Source of the DNA: Nemertoderma westbladi | Lineage: Eukaryota; Animalia; Xenacoelomorpha | Assembly (NCBI GenBank): GCA_032718475.1 | Contig: JAUCBJ010002084.1 | Location: forward strand, 1-64,000 | Direction of reading: 5' to 3' | Length of the DNA stretch: 64,000 nt | Position numbers and translations under genes: made by a program | Notes under the pieces: model-generated | Database searches by the model: none | The model's input: the letters and a program-made list of their open reading frames with translations, nothing else | What the model was told of the DNA's origin: nothing | Part shown: positions 9,913-23,800 of the stretch, in pieces | How the letters are laid out: the number at the start of each line of letters is the position of its first letter | Position numbering within the stretch: position 1 is the first letter of the stretch

Positions 9913-10451
9913 TGTTAGCTTATTCAATCCCGCCAACACCCCATAAAGTTATTAGCCAATAAGCAATATTGGGAGCCACGAGATTGGGTAATTAACCAAC
10001 TCGTGCCATCCCAATAAGAGTGGGAAGGAAGCACACAATAGAGGGTCAGGGGCCAAACCCCTAACCCAAAGGAAATAGCTGGAGTGAACGGGAACACTCC
10101 AAAGGGCGCCAACAAGGGTAACAACCAATCAGAGGGGGGCAAGGCATCGATTAGGTAGTAATTAGGCCAACCGTGCAGTATAGCCACTTGGCAGTAATAT
10201 TACCTATTCAGTCATATCAGTGCAGCAGTGCTAGCGTAGGTTAATAGTTAATTAGTTTAGTTAGGGGAGCACGGGACTTTAGTTACCGTATCCCGCCTAC
10301 CGTATAATTCACAATATATCTATATCCTATAACCTATTATTATACACCGAACTTCAGAACTCATTTAACTTCATTCACTCTTTATACACGGCGGGGACGC
10401 GTAAACTGAATACCAACCGGATAAATCGGGATCCTCCTGGATCCCGTCACA
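9913..10451 (+). repeat. 3' LTR (~540 bp) of the BEL/Pao element
   Basis: Starts TGTTAG right after the PPT. TATA-like TATATCTATAT/TATAA at ~10315-10332. Terminal palindrome CGGGATCC-tcct-GGATCCCG, then TCACA at 10451, after which LINE endonuclease-like coding sequence begins. The right end is inferred because the 5' LTR is not available for comparison. Confidence 0.7.
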
Positions 10452-13161
10452 GTCTTGACATCCCACTTCTATTATTATCTTGCTATGCACCTGACCCCTC
10501 GAGGGGATGTTCAGCCTACGAGGAGTTCTTGGGGAGACTGGGCTCAATCCTCGATTCAAATCCAGACACCCTCCCAATTGTATTAGCCGATACGAACGCG
10601 GATGTTGGGCCACTACAAGGGCCCAGATATGGTAGGTGTAAAGCGACACTAAGAGGACGTCGCCTCAACGAGTTCCTAAACTCCTTTAACCTCCTTGCCG
10701 CCGACACTACACCTAAGTTCTCAGGCCCTACTACTACCTTCCGGGGTAATGGCGCTTCATATATTGACCATGTTCTTACGACATCAGCAGGACTCGACCT
10801 TATTACAACCGGAAGGGTCTTTGACGACGATGCCATTAACAATATGTCCGACCATGTCCCTATCCAGGTAAATATAACCATCAATGTAAAGGAACCAAGG
10901 GTCAGAACAGGTAATGATAACAACATCAAAATCACGAGATTTGCGTGGGCGAAGGTTTCCAATGAACAAATAAACAACTACAGCAACCTGGTGGAGAATG
11001 ATATTCGGAGGATCCTATCAGAAACCAAATTGTCCTCAGTTGACTGGGCGTATTCAGACTTAGATACTTGGGCATCAGAAATCCAACGGATAATATGCAA
11101 TGCTGCGTTGTCATCATTCCCTATTCACAAGAAACATAAATTCACAAAGAATATCCGTATTAGATGCAACACACTGAGAGAACGCTGTAAAACTACCAAG
11201 CAATTATATAAACTTTGGTGCAGGGACGAGAAGGGCAAAGGTAGTGCACACGGAACTGCCTACAAGGACTCACGGAGATCAGTTCGAAGACTCAAAAACC
11301 TGTTATCTCGTAATCTAGTTTCAAACGACGTGCACAGAAAGTCATCATTGCTAAAGAAGAGTCCCCGACAGTTCTGGAGAAGCTTCAAATCAAAAAGTGA
11401 CACCACCCCCAATGAAGGACTCCAAGACACTATCAGGAACAACCTAACCAAGGGGCACACAAAGGGGTCTGAATATGACTCATCCATAGAGCACTTGACG
11501 AATGATCTCAATGACAAATGCAAACAGACCGACATCCCAACCATATCAGAAATAACAATAAGGAGGGCTATAAGCGAGCTGTCGAAGGGGAAAGCTCCAG
11601 ACACATCATCTCTCGTCGTAGAGCTGTTTCTCGCCTTAGATCCTGATTTCATCTGCCCTGTACTAGCCGACATATATAATGCCTGCTTCCGACTAGGAAA
11701 TGTTCCAAAGCCCTTCGGCGATACCATCGTCACACACCTATTCAAAGGGAAAGGGCGTAACCCTCTCATGGCTACCTCATATCGTCCAATCGCCACGGTC
11801 AGCGTTCTAGCCAAAATATTTGAAGCCATCATCCTGTGCGAATACCTCTCCTCCCCAAATTTTATTATGCAGTCCCAACTGGCCTACCAATCCAAAATCG
11901 GTTCAGACCTTATACTTGGCACTGTTCTGGAATGTCTGGAACATCATAGGAGCCGGGGGAACACAGTTTTTATGTGTCAGCTCGACATCACTGCAGCGTT
12001 CGACAATGTAGACTACATTACCCTGTTCAACAAGTTAACAGAACACCTAAACCCGCACATCTGTCTTGCCATTCTCTCATACTACACATACACTGTTGCA
12101 TTTTTGAAATTTGAATCCATTATAAGTGGTGATGGCATCGCATTGATCAGGGGCCTTAAACAGGGATCTCTGCTATCCCCAACATTATTCAATCTGTATA
12201 CTGGAAGCATTCACTCAGGACTTGAATCCACTGAACACGGATGTCATGTGCACAATACATGGCTTGGGGTGATATCTTATGCCGACGACATCTTGGTCAT
12301 TGGCACAGCCGCCTCGGAGGTAGAGTTTCTGGTCGGGCGGGTCGTATCGGGCCTAAATGAGATCAACCTTGACATTGAACAGACAAAAACTAAGTGGATC
12401 ATCTGCCGAGGGAAAAAGTGTACGGACACTGCGACACCAACATTCCTTAACATAAATGGGACCCTAGTACCCGCAAAGCCATCATTAACATTCTTGGGCT
12501 TCAAATTTACATCTACATCGAATAGACTGGCCGACTGCATTCGAATAATCGCTTCAGCCGCTGACACATTTCATAGAAACAGTTGGACCGTTCGTTGGCT
12601 GCATACCGACATCCTTAGTCACTTATGGAAGGTAATCGGTGTCCCCAACATTTTATATAGCTTAAAGTTCCTCATTGGTTCGTTATCATCCAGCGACATA
12701 GCGCCTTAGATGTCTACTACAGAAAAATCCTTCGTGGCCTACTGTGCCTTGGGACGTACGTCAATAATCACACCATTCTCAGTATACTGCATTGCAAACC
12801 GATATCTACGGAAGCATTCTCTGCCTCAATTGGTACAATAACCCGATGTACACAATGTCCAAATCCAACACTGCAATCTATCCTACGAATATCTTTGCAA
12901 ACCCACTCTGATCCTCACTCCAGCTATGTTGGTCTCGGCAGCTCTTACAGTAAATGCAACAATTTTTATCCGATGCCACACATCTCTTCTCTCCTCACCT
13001 TCCAGTATAATAAGGAAGCATTGTTGACAAGGATGAATTGTGGTTCGATGTCAACAAGCGATCGCATAAAAATGGATCTCATCACAAATTGTTACAACCT
13101 CCAGAATAAATCATTCTCATCTAGGCACTCTCGCATCCTTGAATTCTTCAACGCGATATAG
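10452..13161 (+). pseudogene. LINE ORF2 (AP endonuclease C-terminal half + reverse transcriptase) with one frameshift near 12705
   Basis: The frame upstream of 10529 reads LLLLSCYAPDPSRGCSAYEEFL (APE YAP motif). Then IVLADTNA, SYIDHVL, SDHVPI. RT KGKAPD, SYRPIATVSVLAKIFE, LDITAAFDNV, GLKQGSLLSPTLFNLY, SYADD. After the TAG at 12707 the -1 frame continues LDVYYRKILRGLL... in frame with ORF 12895-13161. Confidence 0.88.
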
Positions 13162-13584
13162 ACAGACACCGACCCTACTAAGCACTATCACTTAGTATCA
13201 TTATGTTCCTCGTGGTGCTGGGCACGCTGGTATTACGGGATGTTTGTTTCCAACACCCCCCCCCCCCCCCCCCCCCCCCCAACCCCACTCGTTAACAGAA
13301 CTAGTACTGATACGAACGTGCAATAGGATTATCGTGTAATCTATATGGCCTATTCTCCATATAGATTCATACATGTATTCATATAGAAAATATAACATAC
13401 TCATATAGATTCTATACATAGCTTATTCTGCCATTTCTTTTTAACCACCTTAATTGTACCAATTATGGTTTTTACTAGTTTTTGCGTAACTTGCCTCATA
13501 ATTTGTGTTGAACGTATCTCGGTGCACCTTTATTTTATATTGTCGGCAAAGACCGAATTAAATTAAATGAAATGAAATGAAATG
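10452..13584 (+). mobile_element. Non-LTR retrotransposon (LINE, APE + RT; RTE-X/L2-like, clade uncertain); 5' part absent; (AAATG)n tail
   Basis: Endonuclease and RT coding sequence, a 3' UTR with a poly-C run (13256-13280), and the tail ...ATTAAATTAAATGAAATGAAATGAAATG ending at ~13584. Confidence 0.88.
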
Positions 13585-13950
13585 TTGTACTGTTGGGTAC
13601 TCCAAAAGTATTAGGTGCAACTTATGTGCACCTAGTTGTACCTCTTTAATAAAACTTTTCAGTCTCAAAAAATAATTAGAAGCCAATTCTCGCTGCGTGG
13701 CCTGTTATTTAGTACACGTTTGTGGAAACCCATAACCAAAATAAAGGAGGCTCACAGTTTAGAAGTTGAGTTTAGCGGGTAAAACGTCGAGGAACAGGTG
13801 CAGGGTAGATTATTAGTTTGAGATACAGTTCCAGAATAGTAGCATAAGGCAATTTGTAATTGTATTTTACTCTGTTTACTTTTCGTGTCGGTAGGTACGT
13901 TCCATATGTTTACATAATGTGGTGAATCTTTGTTAGTTTTGTAGTTGTTG

Positions 13951-14580
13951 TTAGTTATGAAGCTCTACTGATAGCAGAACAATAATGAAGGCTACTATAT
14001 ACCAGATCGGTGTAGCATTGTTGGAATCGCTCTCAGTAACCAATGAGGTTGTAGTGCTCTCCGTTGTGGCCGTTGGTTGGGTGGCTCTTTCCTTCCATTC
14101 TGTTGGAGGACATGGTCCGTCGCAACAGAAATGTTGGCAGGATTCATACCTTACTGAGATATCCGTTTTCAGCCAATTGACAATCGCCATGATTCTTATG
14201 ACAAAGTCATCTCGGTGCTCGGAACCGAGGTCTGGAAGAACAACTTGAATAAAATAGGTACACCCAGCTTCGTTGAGTGGAGCGCAGTGCTCTCTGTCGC
14301 AGTGGTCATAGTGAGACTCAATGGTGATCTCAGCATCATGTTCTTCCGAATATCCAGTAACTATGTACGATGTAGAAGTGCAAGTATAACAACCACTAAT
14401 ATTCCTCGAGATTTGAAAGATCTCGTTATCTTCCACAAATCCTTCTACCTTGTCTTCGTACACTTTTTGTAAGACGATGTTGTCCGATGAAATCGTCCAA
14501 GAATATCTATCTGGACAGGTGAAGTTCGATGAGACCATTGTTGCATGTAACGTAATGAACAGAGCTGTGATGATTTGCAT
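13951..14580 (-). CDS. Small Cys-rich secreted/cell-surface protein (~209 aa): signal peptide, Thr-rich stalk, hydrophobic GPI-signal-like tail; possibly Ly6/three-finger-like
   Basis: The ATG at 14580 gives MQIITALFITLHATMVSS. Cys pattern CYTC...HCDREHC...GC...SCQHFCCDGPC. Stalk ATQPTATTESTTTS. Ends SNNATPIWYIVAFIIVLLSVELHN. The coding part is uninterrupted. Confidence 0.65.
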   Translation of the reverse strand: MQIITALFITLHATMVSSNFTCPDRYSWTISSDNIVLQKVYEDKVEGFVEDNEIFQISRNISGCYTCTSTSYIVTGYSEEHDAEITIESHYDHCDREHCAPLNEAGCTYFIQVVLPDLGSEHRDDFVIRIMAIVNWLKTDISVRYESCQHFCCDGPCPPTEWKERATQPTATTESTTTSLVTESDSNNATPIWYIVAFIIVLLSVELHN

Positions 14581-14816
14581 TATTAATGTTCGATATCTTA
14601 TAGTTTGCGTACACTGTATATACCTACATAAGTATCCGTAGAGTTCAGTTGTACACAACCCTAAATGAAACAACATTAATCTGAAAAATCCTCTTTTTCT
14701 CATTCAAATTTGTAGAAAACAATGCAAGAAAATAGGAAGTAGTTCAACGCGAGTAACGTAACATGCAGAACCGGATGCAAAGATCGTTACGTATTTTCGT
14801 GTATTTTATTTTTATA

Positions 14817-17800
14817 ATAGAACAATCTCACACACAGAATGATCAGTTGCAGGTCCGTTGCAGGTCCCTCCAACCACCGGCTGCCATAAAACAATCTCAT
14901 ACACAGACTGATCAGTTGAAGGTCCCTTTAACCAGCCGGCTGCCACAGAACAATCTCACACACAGAATGATCAGTTGCAGGTCCGTTGCAGGTCCCTCCA
15001 ACCACCGGCTGCCATAAAACAATCTCATACACAGACTGATCAGTTGCAGGTCCCTCAAACCAGCCGGCTGCCACAGAACAATCTCACACACAGAATGATC
15101 AGTTGCAGGTCCCTCCGACCACCGGCTGCCATAGAACAATCTCACACACAGATTGATCAGTTGCAGGTCCCTCCAACCAGCCGGCTGCCATAGAACAATC
15201 TCACACACAGTTTGATCAGTGCAGGTTCCTCCAACCAGCCGGCTGCCATAGAACAATCTCACACACAGAATGATCAGTTGCAGGTCCCTCCGACCACCGG
15301 CTGCCATAGAACAATCTCACACACAGATTGATCAGTTGCAGGTCCCTCCAACCAGCCGGCTGCCATAGAACAATCTCACACACATAATGATCAGTTGCAG
15401 GTCTCTCCAACCAGCCGGCTGCCATAGAACAATCTCACACACAGACTGATCAGTTGCAGGTCCCTCCAACCAGCCGGCAGCCATAGAACAATCTCACGCA
15501 CAGACTGATCAGTTGAAGGTCCCTCCAACCAGCCGGCTGCCATAGAACAATCTCACACACAGACTGATCAGTTACAGGTCACTCCAACCAGCCGGCTGCC
15601 ATAGAACAATCTCACACACAGAATGATCAGTTGCAGGTCCCTCCAACCAGCCGGCTGCCATAGAACAATCTCACACACAGACTGATCAGTTACAGGTCAC
15701 TCCAACCAGCCGGCTGCCATAGAACAATCTCACACACAGAATGATCAGTTGCAGGTCTCTCCAACCAGCCGGCTGCCATAGAACAATCTCAAACCCAGAC
15801 TGATCAGTTGCAGGTCCCTCCAACCAGCCGGCTGCCATAGAACAATCTCACACACATAATGATCAGTTGCAGGCCCCTCCAACCAGCCGGCCACCATAGA
15901 ACAATCTCACACACAGACTGATCAGTTGCAGGTCCCTCCAACCAGCCGTCTGCCATAGAACAATCTCACACACAAAATGATCAGTTGCAGGTCTCTCCAG
16001 CCAGCCGGCTGCCATAGAACAATCTCACACACAGACTGATCAGTTGCAGGTCCCTCCAACCAGCCGGCTACCATAGAACAATCTCACACACAGACTGATC
16101 AGTTGCAGGTCTCTCCAACCAGCCGGCTGCCATAGAACAATCTCACACACAGACTGATCAGTTGCAGGTCCCTCCAACCAGCCGGCAGCCATAGAACAAT
16201 CTCACGCACAGACTGATCAGTTGAAGGTCCCTCCAACCAGCCGGCTGCCATAGAACAATCTCACACACAGACTGATCAGTTACAGGTCACTCCAACCAGC
16301 CGGCTGCCATAGAACAATCTCACACACAGAATGATCAGTTGCAGGTCCCTCCAACCAGCCGGCTGCCATAGAACAATCTCACACACAGACTGATCAGTTA
16401 CAGGTCACTCCAACCAGCCGGCTGCCATAGAACAATCTCACACACAGAATGATCAGTTGCAGGTCTCTCCAACCAGCCGGCTGCCATAGAACAATCTCAA
16501 ACCCAGACTGATCAGTTGCAGGTCCCTCCAACCAGCCGGCTGCCATAGAACAATCTCACACACATAATGATCAGTTGCAGGCCCCTCCAACCAGCCGGCC
16601 ACCATAGAACAATCTCACACACAGACTGATCAGTTGCAGGTCCCTCCAACCAGCCGTCTGCCATAGAACAATCTCACACACAAAATGATCAGTTGCAGGT
16701 CTCTCCAGCCAGCCGGCTGCCATAGAACAATCTCACACACAGACTGATCAGTTGCAGGTCCCTCCAACCAGCCGGCTACCATAGAACAATCTCACACACA
16801 GACTGATCAGTTGCAGGCCCCTCCAACCAGCCGGCCACCATAGAACAATCTCACACACAGACTGATCAGTTGCAGGTCCCTCCAACCAGCCGTCTGCCAT
16901 AGAACAATCTCACACACAAAATGATCAGTTGCAGGTCTCTCCAGCCAGCCGGCTGCCATAGAACAATCTCACACACAGACTGATCAGTTGCAGGTCCCTC
17001 CAACCAGCCGGCTACCATAGAACAATCTCACACACAGACTGATCAGTTGCAGGTCCCTCAAACCAGCCGGCTGCCATAGAACAATCTCACACACAGACTG
17101 ATCAGTTGCAGGTCACTCCAACCACCCGGCTGCCATAGAACAATCTCACACACATAATGATCAGTTGCAGGTCTCACCAACCAGCCGGCTGCCATAGAAC
17201 AATCTCACACACAGACTGATCAGTTGCAGGTCACTCCAACCACCCGGCTGCCATAGAACAATCTCACACACATAATGATCAGTTGCAGGTCTCACCAACC
17301 AGCCGGCTGCCATAGAACAATCTCACACACAGACTGATCAGTTGCAGGTCCCTCCAATCAGCCGGCTGTAATAGAACAATCTCACACACAGACTGATCAG
17401 TTACAGGTCACTCCTACCAGCCGGCTGCCATAGAACAATCTCACACACAGAATGATCAGTTGCAGGTCTCTCCAACCAGCCGGCTGCCATAGAACAATCT
17501 CATACACAGACTGATCAGTTGCAGGTCCCTCCAACCAGCCGTCTGCCATAGAACAATCTCTCACAGAGACTGATCAGTTGCAGGTCACTCCAACCAGCCG
17601 GCTGCCATAGAACAATCTCACACACAGAATGATCAGTTGCAGGTCACTCCAGACAGACGGCTGCCATAGAACAATCTCACACACAGACTGATCAGTTGCA
17701 GGTCCCTCCAACAAGCCGGCTGCCATAGAACAATCTCATACAGAGTCTGATCAGTTGCAGGTCCCTTCAACCAGCCAGCTGCCATAGAACAATCTCACAC

Positions 17801-20800
17801 AGAGACTGATCAGTTGCAGGTCACTCCAACCAGCCGGCTGCCATAGAACAATCTCACACACAGAATGATCAGTTGCAGGTCCCTCCAACCAGCCGGCTGC
17901 CATAGAACAATCGCACACAGAGACTGGTTAGTTGCAGGTCACTCCAACCAGCCGGCTGCCATAGAACAATCTCATACACAGACTGATCAGTTGCAGGTCC
18001 CTCCAACCAGCCGGCTGCCATAGAACAATCTCACACACATAATGATCAGTTGCAGGCCCCTCCAACCAGCCGGCCACCATAGAACAATCTCACACACAGA
18101 CTGATCAGTTGCCATTCCCTCCAACCAGCCGTCTGCCATAGAACAATTTCACACACAAAATGATCAGTTGCAGGTCTCTCCAACCAGCCGGCTGCCATAG
18201 AACAATCTCACCACAGACTGATCAGTTGCAGGTCCCTCCAACCAGCCGGCTACCATAGAACAATCTCACACACAGACTGATCAGTTGCAGGTCCCTCAAA
18301 CCAGCCGGCTGCCATAGAACAATCTCACACACAGACTGATCAGTTGCAGGTCACTCCAACCACCCGGCTGCCATAGAACAATCTCACACACATAATGATC
18401 AGTTGCAGGTCTCTCCAACCAGCCGGCTGCCATAGAACAATCTCACACACAGACTGATCAGTTGCAGGTCCCTCCAACCAGCCGGCTGCCATAGAACAAT
18501 CTCACACACAGAATGATCAGTTGCAGGTCACTCCAACCAGCCGGCTGCCATAGAACAATCTCACACACAGACTGATCAGTTACAGGTCACTACTACCAGC
18601 CGGCTGCCATAGAACAATCTCACACACAGACTGATCAGTTACAGGTCACTACTACCAGCCGGCTGCCATAGAACAATCTCACACACAGACTGATCAGTTG
18701 CAGGTCTCTCCAATCAGCCGGCTGCCATAGAACAATCTCACACACAGACTGATCAGTTACAGGTCACTACTACCAGCCGGCTGCCATAGAACAATCTCAC
18801 ACACAGACTGATCAGTTGCAGGTCTCTCCAATCAGCCGGCTGCCATAGAACAATCTCACACACAGACTGATCAGTTACAGGTCACTACTACCAGCCGGCT
18901 GCCATAGAACAATCTCACACACAGAATGATCAGTTGCAGGTCCGTTGCAGGTCCCTCCAACCACCGGCTGCCATAGAACAATCTCATACACAGACTGATC
19001 AGTTGAAGGTCCCTCTAACCAGCCGGCTGCCACAGAACAATCTCACACACAGAATGATCAGTTGCAGGTCCCTCCAACCAGCCGGCTGCCATAGAACAAT
19101 CACACGCACATAATGATCAATTGCAGGCCCCTCCAACCAGCCGGCCAACATAGAACAATCTCACACACAGACTGATCAGTTGCAGGTCACTCCAACCAGC
19201 CGTCTGCCATAGAACAATCTCTCACAGAGACTGATCAGTTGCAGGTCCCTCCAACCAGCCGGCTGCCATAGAACAATCTCACACACAGACTGATTAGTTG
19301 CAGGTCACTCCAACCAGCCGGCTGCCATAGAACAATCTCACACACAGAATGATCAGTTGCAGGTCTCTCCAACCAGACGGCTGCCATAGAACAATCTCAC
19401 ACACAGACTGATCAGTTGCAGGTCCCTCCAACAAGCCGGCTGCCATAGAACAATCTCATTCAGAGTCTGATCAGTTGAAGGTCCCTCTAACCAGCCGTCT
19501 GCCATAGAACAATCTCTCACAGAGACTGATCAGTTGCAGGTCCCTCCAACCAGCCGGCTGCCATAGAACCATCACACGCACATAATGATCAATTGCAGGC
19601 CCCTCCAACCAGCCGGCCACCATAGAACAATCTCATACACAGACTGATCAGTTGAAGGTCCCTCTAACCAGCCGGCTGCCACAGAACAATCTCACACACA
19701 GAATGATCAGTTGCAGGTCCCTCCAACCAGCCGGCTGCCATAGAACAATCTCACACACAGAATGATCAGTTGCAGGTCTCTCCAACCAGACGGCTGCCAT
19801 AGAACAATCTCACACACAGACTGATCAGTTGCAGGTCCCTCCAACAAGCCGGCTGCCATAGAACAATCTCATACAGAGTCTGATCAGTTGCAGGTCCCTC
19901 CAACAAGCCAGCTGCCATAGAACAATCTCACACAGAGACTGATCAGTTGCAGGTCACTCCAACCAGCCGGCTGCCATAGAACAATCTCACACACAGAATG
20001 ATCAGTTGCAGGTCCCTCCAACCAGCCGGCTGCCATAGAACAATCTCACACAGAGACTGGTTAGTTGCAGGTCACTCCAACCAGCCGGGTGCCATAGAAC
20101 AATCTCACACACAGAATGATCAGTTCCAGGTCACTCCAGTCAGACGGCTGCCATAGAACAATCTCACACACAGACTGATCAGTTGCAGGTCACTCCAACC
20201 AGCCGGCTGCCATAGAACAATCTCACACACAGAATGATCAGTTGAACGTCCCTCCAACCAGCCGGCTGGCATAGAACAATCTCACACAGAGACTGATCAG
20301 TTGCAGGTCCCTCCAACCAGAGGCTGCCATAGTACAATCTCACACACAAACTGATCAGTTGAAGGTCCCTCCAACCAGCCGGCTGCCATAGAACAATCTC
20401 ACACACAGACTGATCAGTTGAAGGTCCCTCCAACCAGCCGGCTGCCATAGAACAATCTCACACACAGACTGATCAGTTGCAGGTCCCTCCAATCAGTCGG
20501 CTGCCATAGAACAATCTCACACACAGAATGATCAGTTGCAGGTCCGTTGTTGCAGGTCCCTCTAACCAGCCGGCTGCCACAGAACAATCTCACACACAGA
20601 ATGATCAGTTGCAGGTCCCTCCAACCACCGGCTGCCATAGAACAATCTCACACACAGAATGATCAGTTGCAGGTCCGTTGCAGGTCCCTCCAACCACCGG
20701 CTGCCATAGAACAATCTCATACACAGACTGATCAGTTGAAGGTCCCTCTAACCAGCCGGCTGCCACAGAACAATCTCACACACAGAATGATCAGTTGCAG

Positions 20801-23800
20801 GTCCCTCCAACCACCGGCTGCCATAGAACAATCTCACACACAGATTGATCAGTTGCAGGTCCCTCCAACCAGCCGGCTGCCATAGAACAATCTCACACAC
20901 AGACTGATCAGTTGCAGGTCCCTCCAACCAGCCGGCTGCCATAGAACAATCTCACACACAGATTGATCAGTTGCAGGTCTCACCAACCAGCCGGCTGCCA
21001 TAGAACAATCTCACACACAGACTGATCAGTTGCAGGTCCCTCCAATCAGCCGGCTGTAATAGAACAATCTCACACACAGACTGATCAGTTACAGGTCACT
21101 CCTACCAGCCGGCTGCCATAGAACAATCTCACACACAGAATGATCAGTTGCAGGTCTCTCCAACCAGCCGGCTGCCATAGAACAATCTCATACACAGACT
21201 GATCAGTTGCAGGTCCCTCCAACCAGCCGGCTGCCATAGAACAATCTCACACACATAATGATCAGTTGCAGGCCCCTCCAACCAGCCGGCCACCATAGAA
21301 CAATCTCACACACAGACTGATCAGTTGCAGGTCCCTCCAACCAGCCGTCTGCCATAGAACAATCTCTCACAGAGACTGATCAGTTGCAGGTCACTCCAAC
21401 CAGCCGGCTGCCATAGAACAATCTCACACACAGAATGATCAGTTGCAGGTCACTCCAGACAGACGGCTGCCATAGAACAATCTCACACACAGACTGATCA
21501 GTTGCAGGTCCCTCCAACAAGCCGGCTGCCATAGAACAATCTCATACAGAGTCTGATCAGTTGCAGGTCCCTTCAACCAGCCAGCTGCCATAGAACAATC
21601 TCACACAGAGACTGATCAGTTGCAGGTCACTCCAACCAGCCGGCTGCCATAGAACAATCTCACACACAGAATGATCAGTTGCAGGTCCCTCCAACCAGCC
21701 GGCTGCCATAGAACAATCGCACACAGAGACTGGTTAGTTGCAGGTCACTCCAACCAGCCGGCTGCCATAGAACAATCTCATACACAGACTGATCAGTTGC
21801 AGGTCCCTCCAACCAGCCGGCTGCCATAGAACAATCTCACACACATAATGATCAGTTGCAGGCCCCTCCAACCAGCCGGCCACCATAGAACAATCTCACA
21901 CACAGACTGATCAGTTGCCATTCCCTCCAACCAGCCGTCTGCCATAGAACAATTTCACACACAAAATGATCAGTTGCAGGTCTCTCCAACCAGCCGGCTG
22001 CCATAGAACAATCTCACCACAGACTGATCAGTTGCAGGTCCCTCCAACCAGCCGGCTACCATAGAACAATCTCACACACAGACTGATCAGTTGCAGGTCC
22101 CTCAAACCAGCCGGCTGCCATAGAACAATCTCACACACAGACTGATCAGTTGCAGGTCACTCCAACCACCCGGCTGCCATAGAACAATCTCACACACATA
22201 ATGATCAGTTGCAGGTCTCTCCAACCAGCCGGCTGCCATAGAACAATCTCACACACAGACTGATCAGTTGCAGGTCCCTCCAACCAGCCGGCTGCCATAG
22301 AACAATCTCACACACAGAATGATCAGTTGCAGGTCACTCCAACCAGCCGGCTGCCATAGAACAATCTCACACACAGACTGATCAGTTACAGGTCACTACT
22401 ACCAGCCGGCTGCCATAGAACAATCTCACACACAGACTGATCAGTTACAGGTCACTACTACCAGCCGGCTGCCATAGAACAATCTCACACACAGACTGAT
22501 CAGTTGCAGGTCTCTCCAATCAGCCGGCTGCCATAGAACAATCTCACACACAGACTGATCAGTTACAGGTCACTACTACCAGCCGGCTGCCATAGAACAA
22601 TCTCACACACAGACTGATCAGTTGCAGGTCTCTCCAATCAGCCGGCTGCCATAGAACAATCTCACACACAGACTGATCAGTTACAGGTCACTACTACCAG
22701 CCGGCTGCCATAGAACAATCTCACACACAGAATGATCAGTTGCAGGTCCGTTGCAGGTCCCTCCAACCACCGGCTGCCATAGAACAATCTCATACACAGA
22801 CTGATCAGTTGAAGGTCCCTCTAACCAGCCGGCTGCCACAGAACAATCTCACACACAGAATGATCAGTTGCAGGTCCCTCCAACCAGCCGGCTGCCATAG
22901 AACAATCACACGCACATAATGATCAATTGCAGGCCCCTCCAACCAGCCGGCCACCATAGAACAATCTCACACACAGACTGATCAGTTGCAGGTCACTCCA
23001 ACCAGCCGTCTGCCATAGAACAATCTCTCACAGAGTCTGATCAGTTGCAGGTCCCTCCAACCAGCCGGCTGCCATAGAACAATCTCACACACAGAATGAT
23101 CAGTTGCAGGTCCCTCCAACCACCGGCTGCCATAGAACAATCTCATACACAGACTGATCAGTTGAAGGTCCCTCTAACCAGCCGGCTGCCACAGAACAAT
23201 CTCACACACAGAATGATCAGTTGCAGGTCCCTCCAACCAGCCGGCTGCCATAGAACAATCACACGCACATAATGATCAATTGCAGGCCCCTCCAACCAGC
23301 CGGCCACCATAGAACAATCTCACACACAGAATGATCAGTTGCAGGTCTCTCCAACCAGACGGCTGCCATAGAACAATCTCACACACAGACTGATCAGTTG
23401 CAGGTCCCTCCAACAAGCCGGCTGCCATAGAACAATCTCATTCAGAGTCTGATCAGTTGAAGGTCCCTCTAACCAGCCGTCTGCCATAGAACAATCTCTC
23501 ACAGAGACTGATCAGTTGCAGGTCCCTCCAACCAGCCGGCTGCCATAGAACAATCACACGCACATAATGATCAATTGCAGGCCCCTCCAACCAGCCGGCC
23601 ACCATAGAACAATCTCATACACAGACTGATCAGTTGAAGGTCCCTCTAACCAGCCGGCTGCCACAGAACAATCTCACACACAGAATGATCAGTTGCAGGT
23701 CCCTCCAACCAGCCGGCTGCCATAGAACAATCTCACACACAGAATGATCAGTTGCAGGTCTCTCCAACCAGACGGCTGCCATAGAACAATCTCACACACA

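Larger units (their letters stand above)
1..10451 (+). mobile_element. BEL/Pao-family LTR retrotransposon (5' LTR and gag start lie upstream of the window) carrying an extra ORF
   Basis: Single gag-PR-RT-RNaseH-IN ORF in BEL/Pao order. PPT GGGGGGGAG at 9904-9912 is followed directly by TGTT. Candidate LTR end ...GTCACA at 10451. Purine-rich coding strand runs from gag through ORF2. Confidence 0.9.

Noticed and set aside
14581-14703. First 41 codons of ORF 13951-14703
   Set aside because: The signal-peptide-like segment starts at the ATG at 14580; the upstream part contains acceptor-like sites and is probably UTR or intron.
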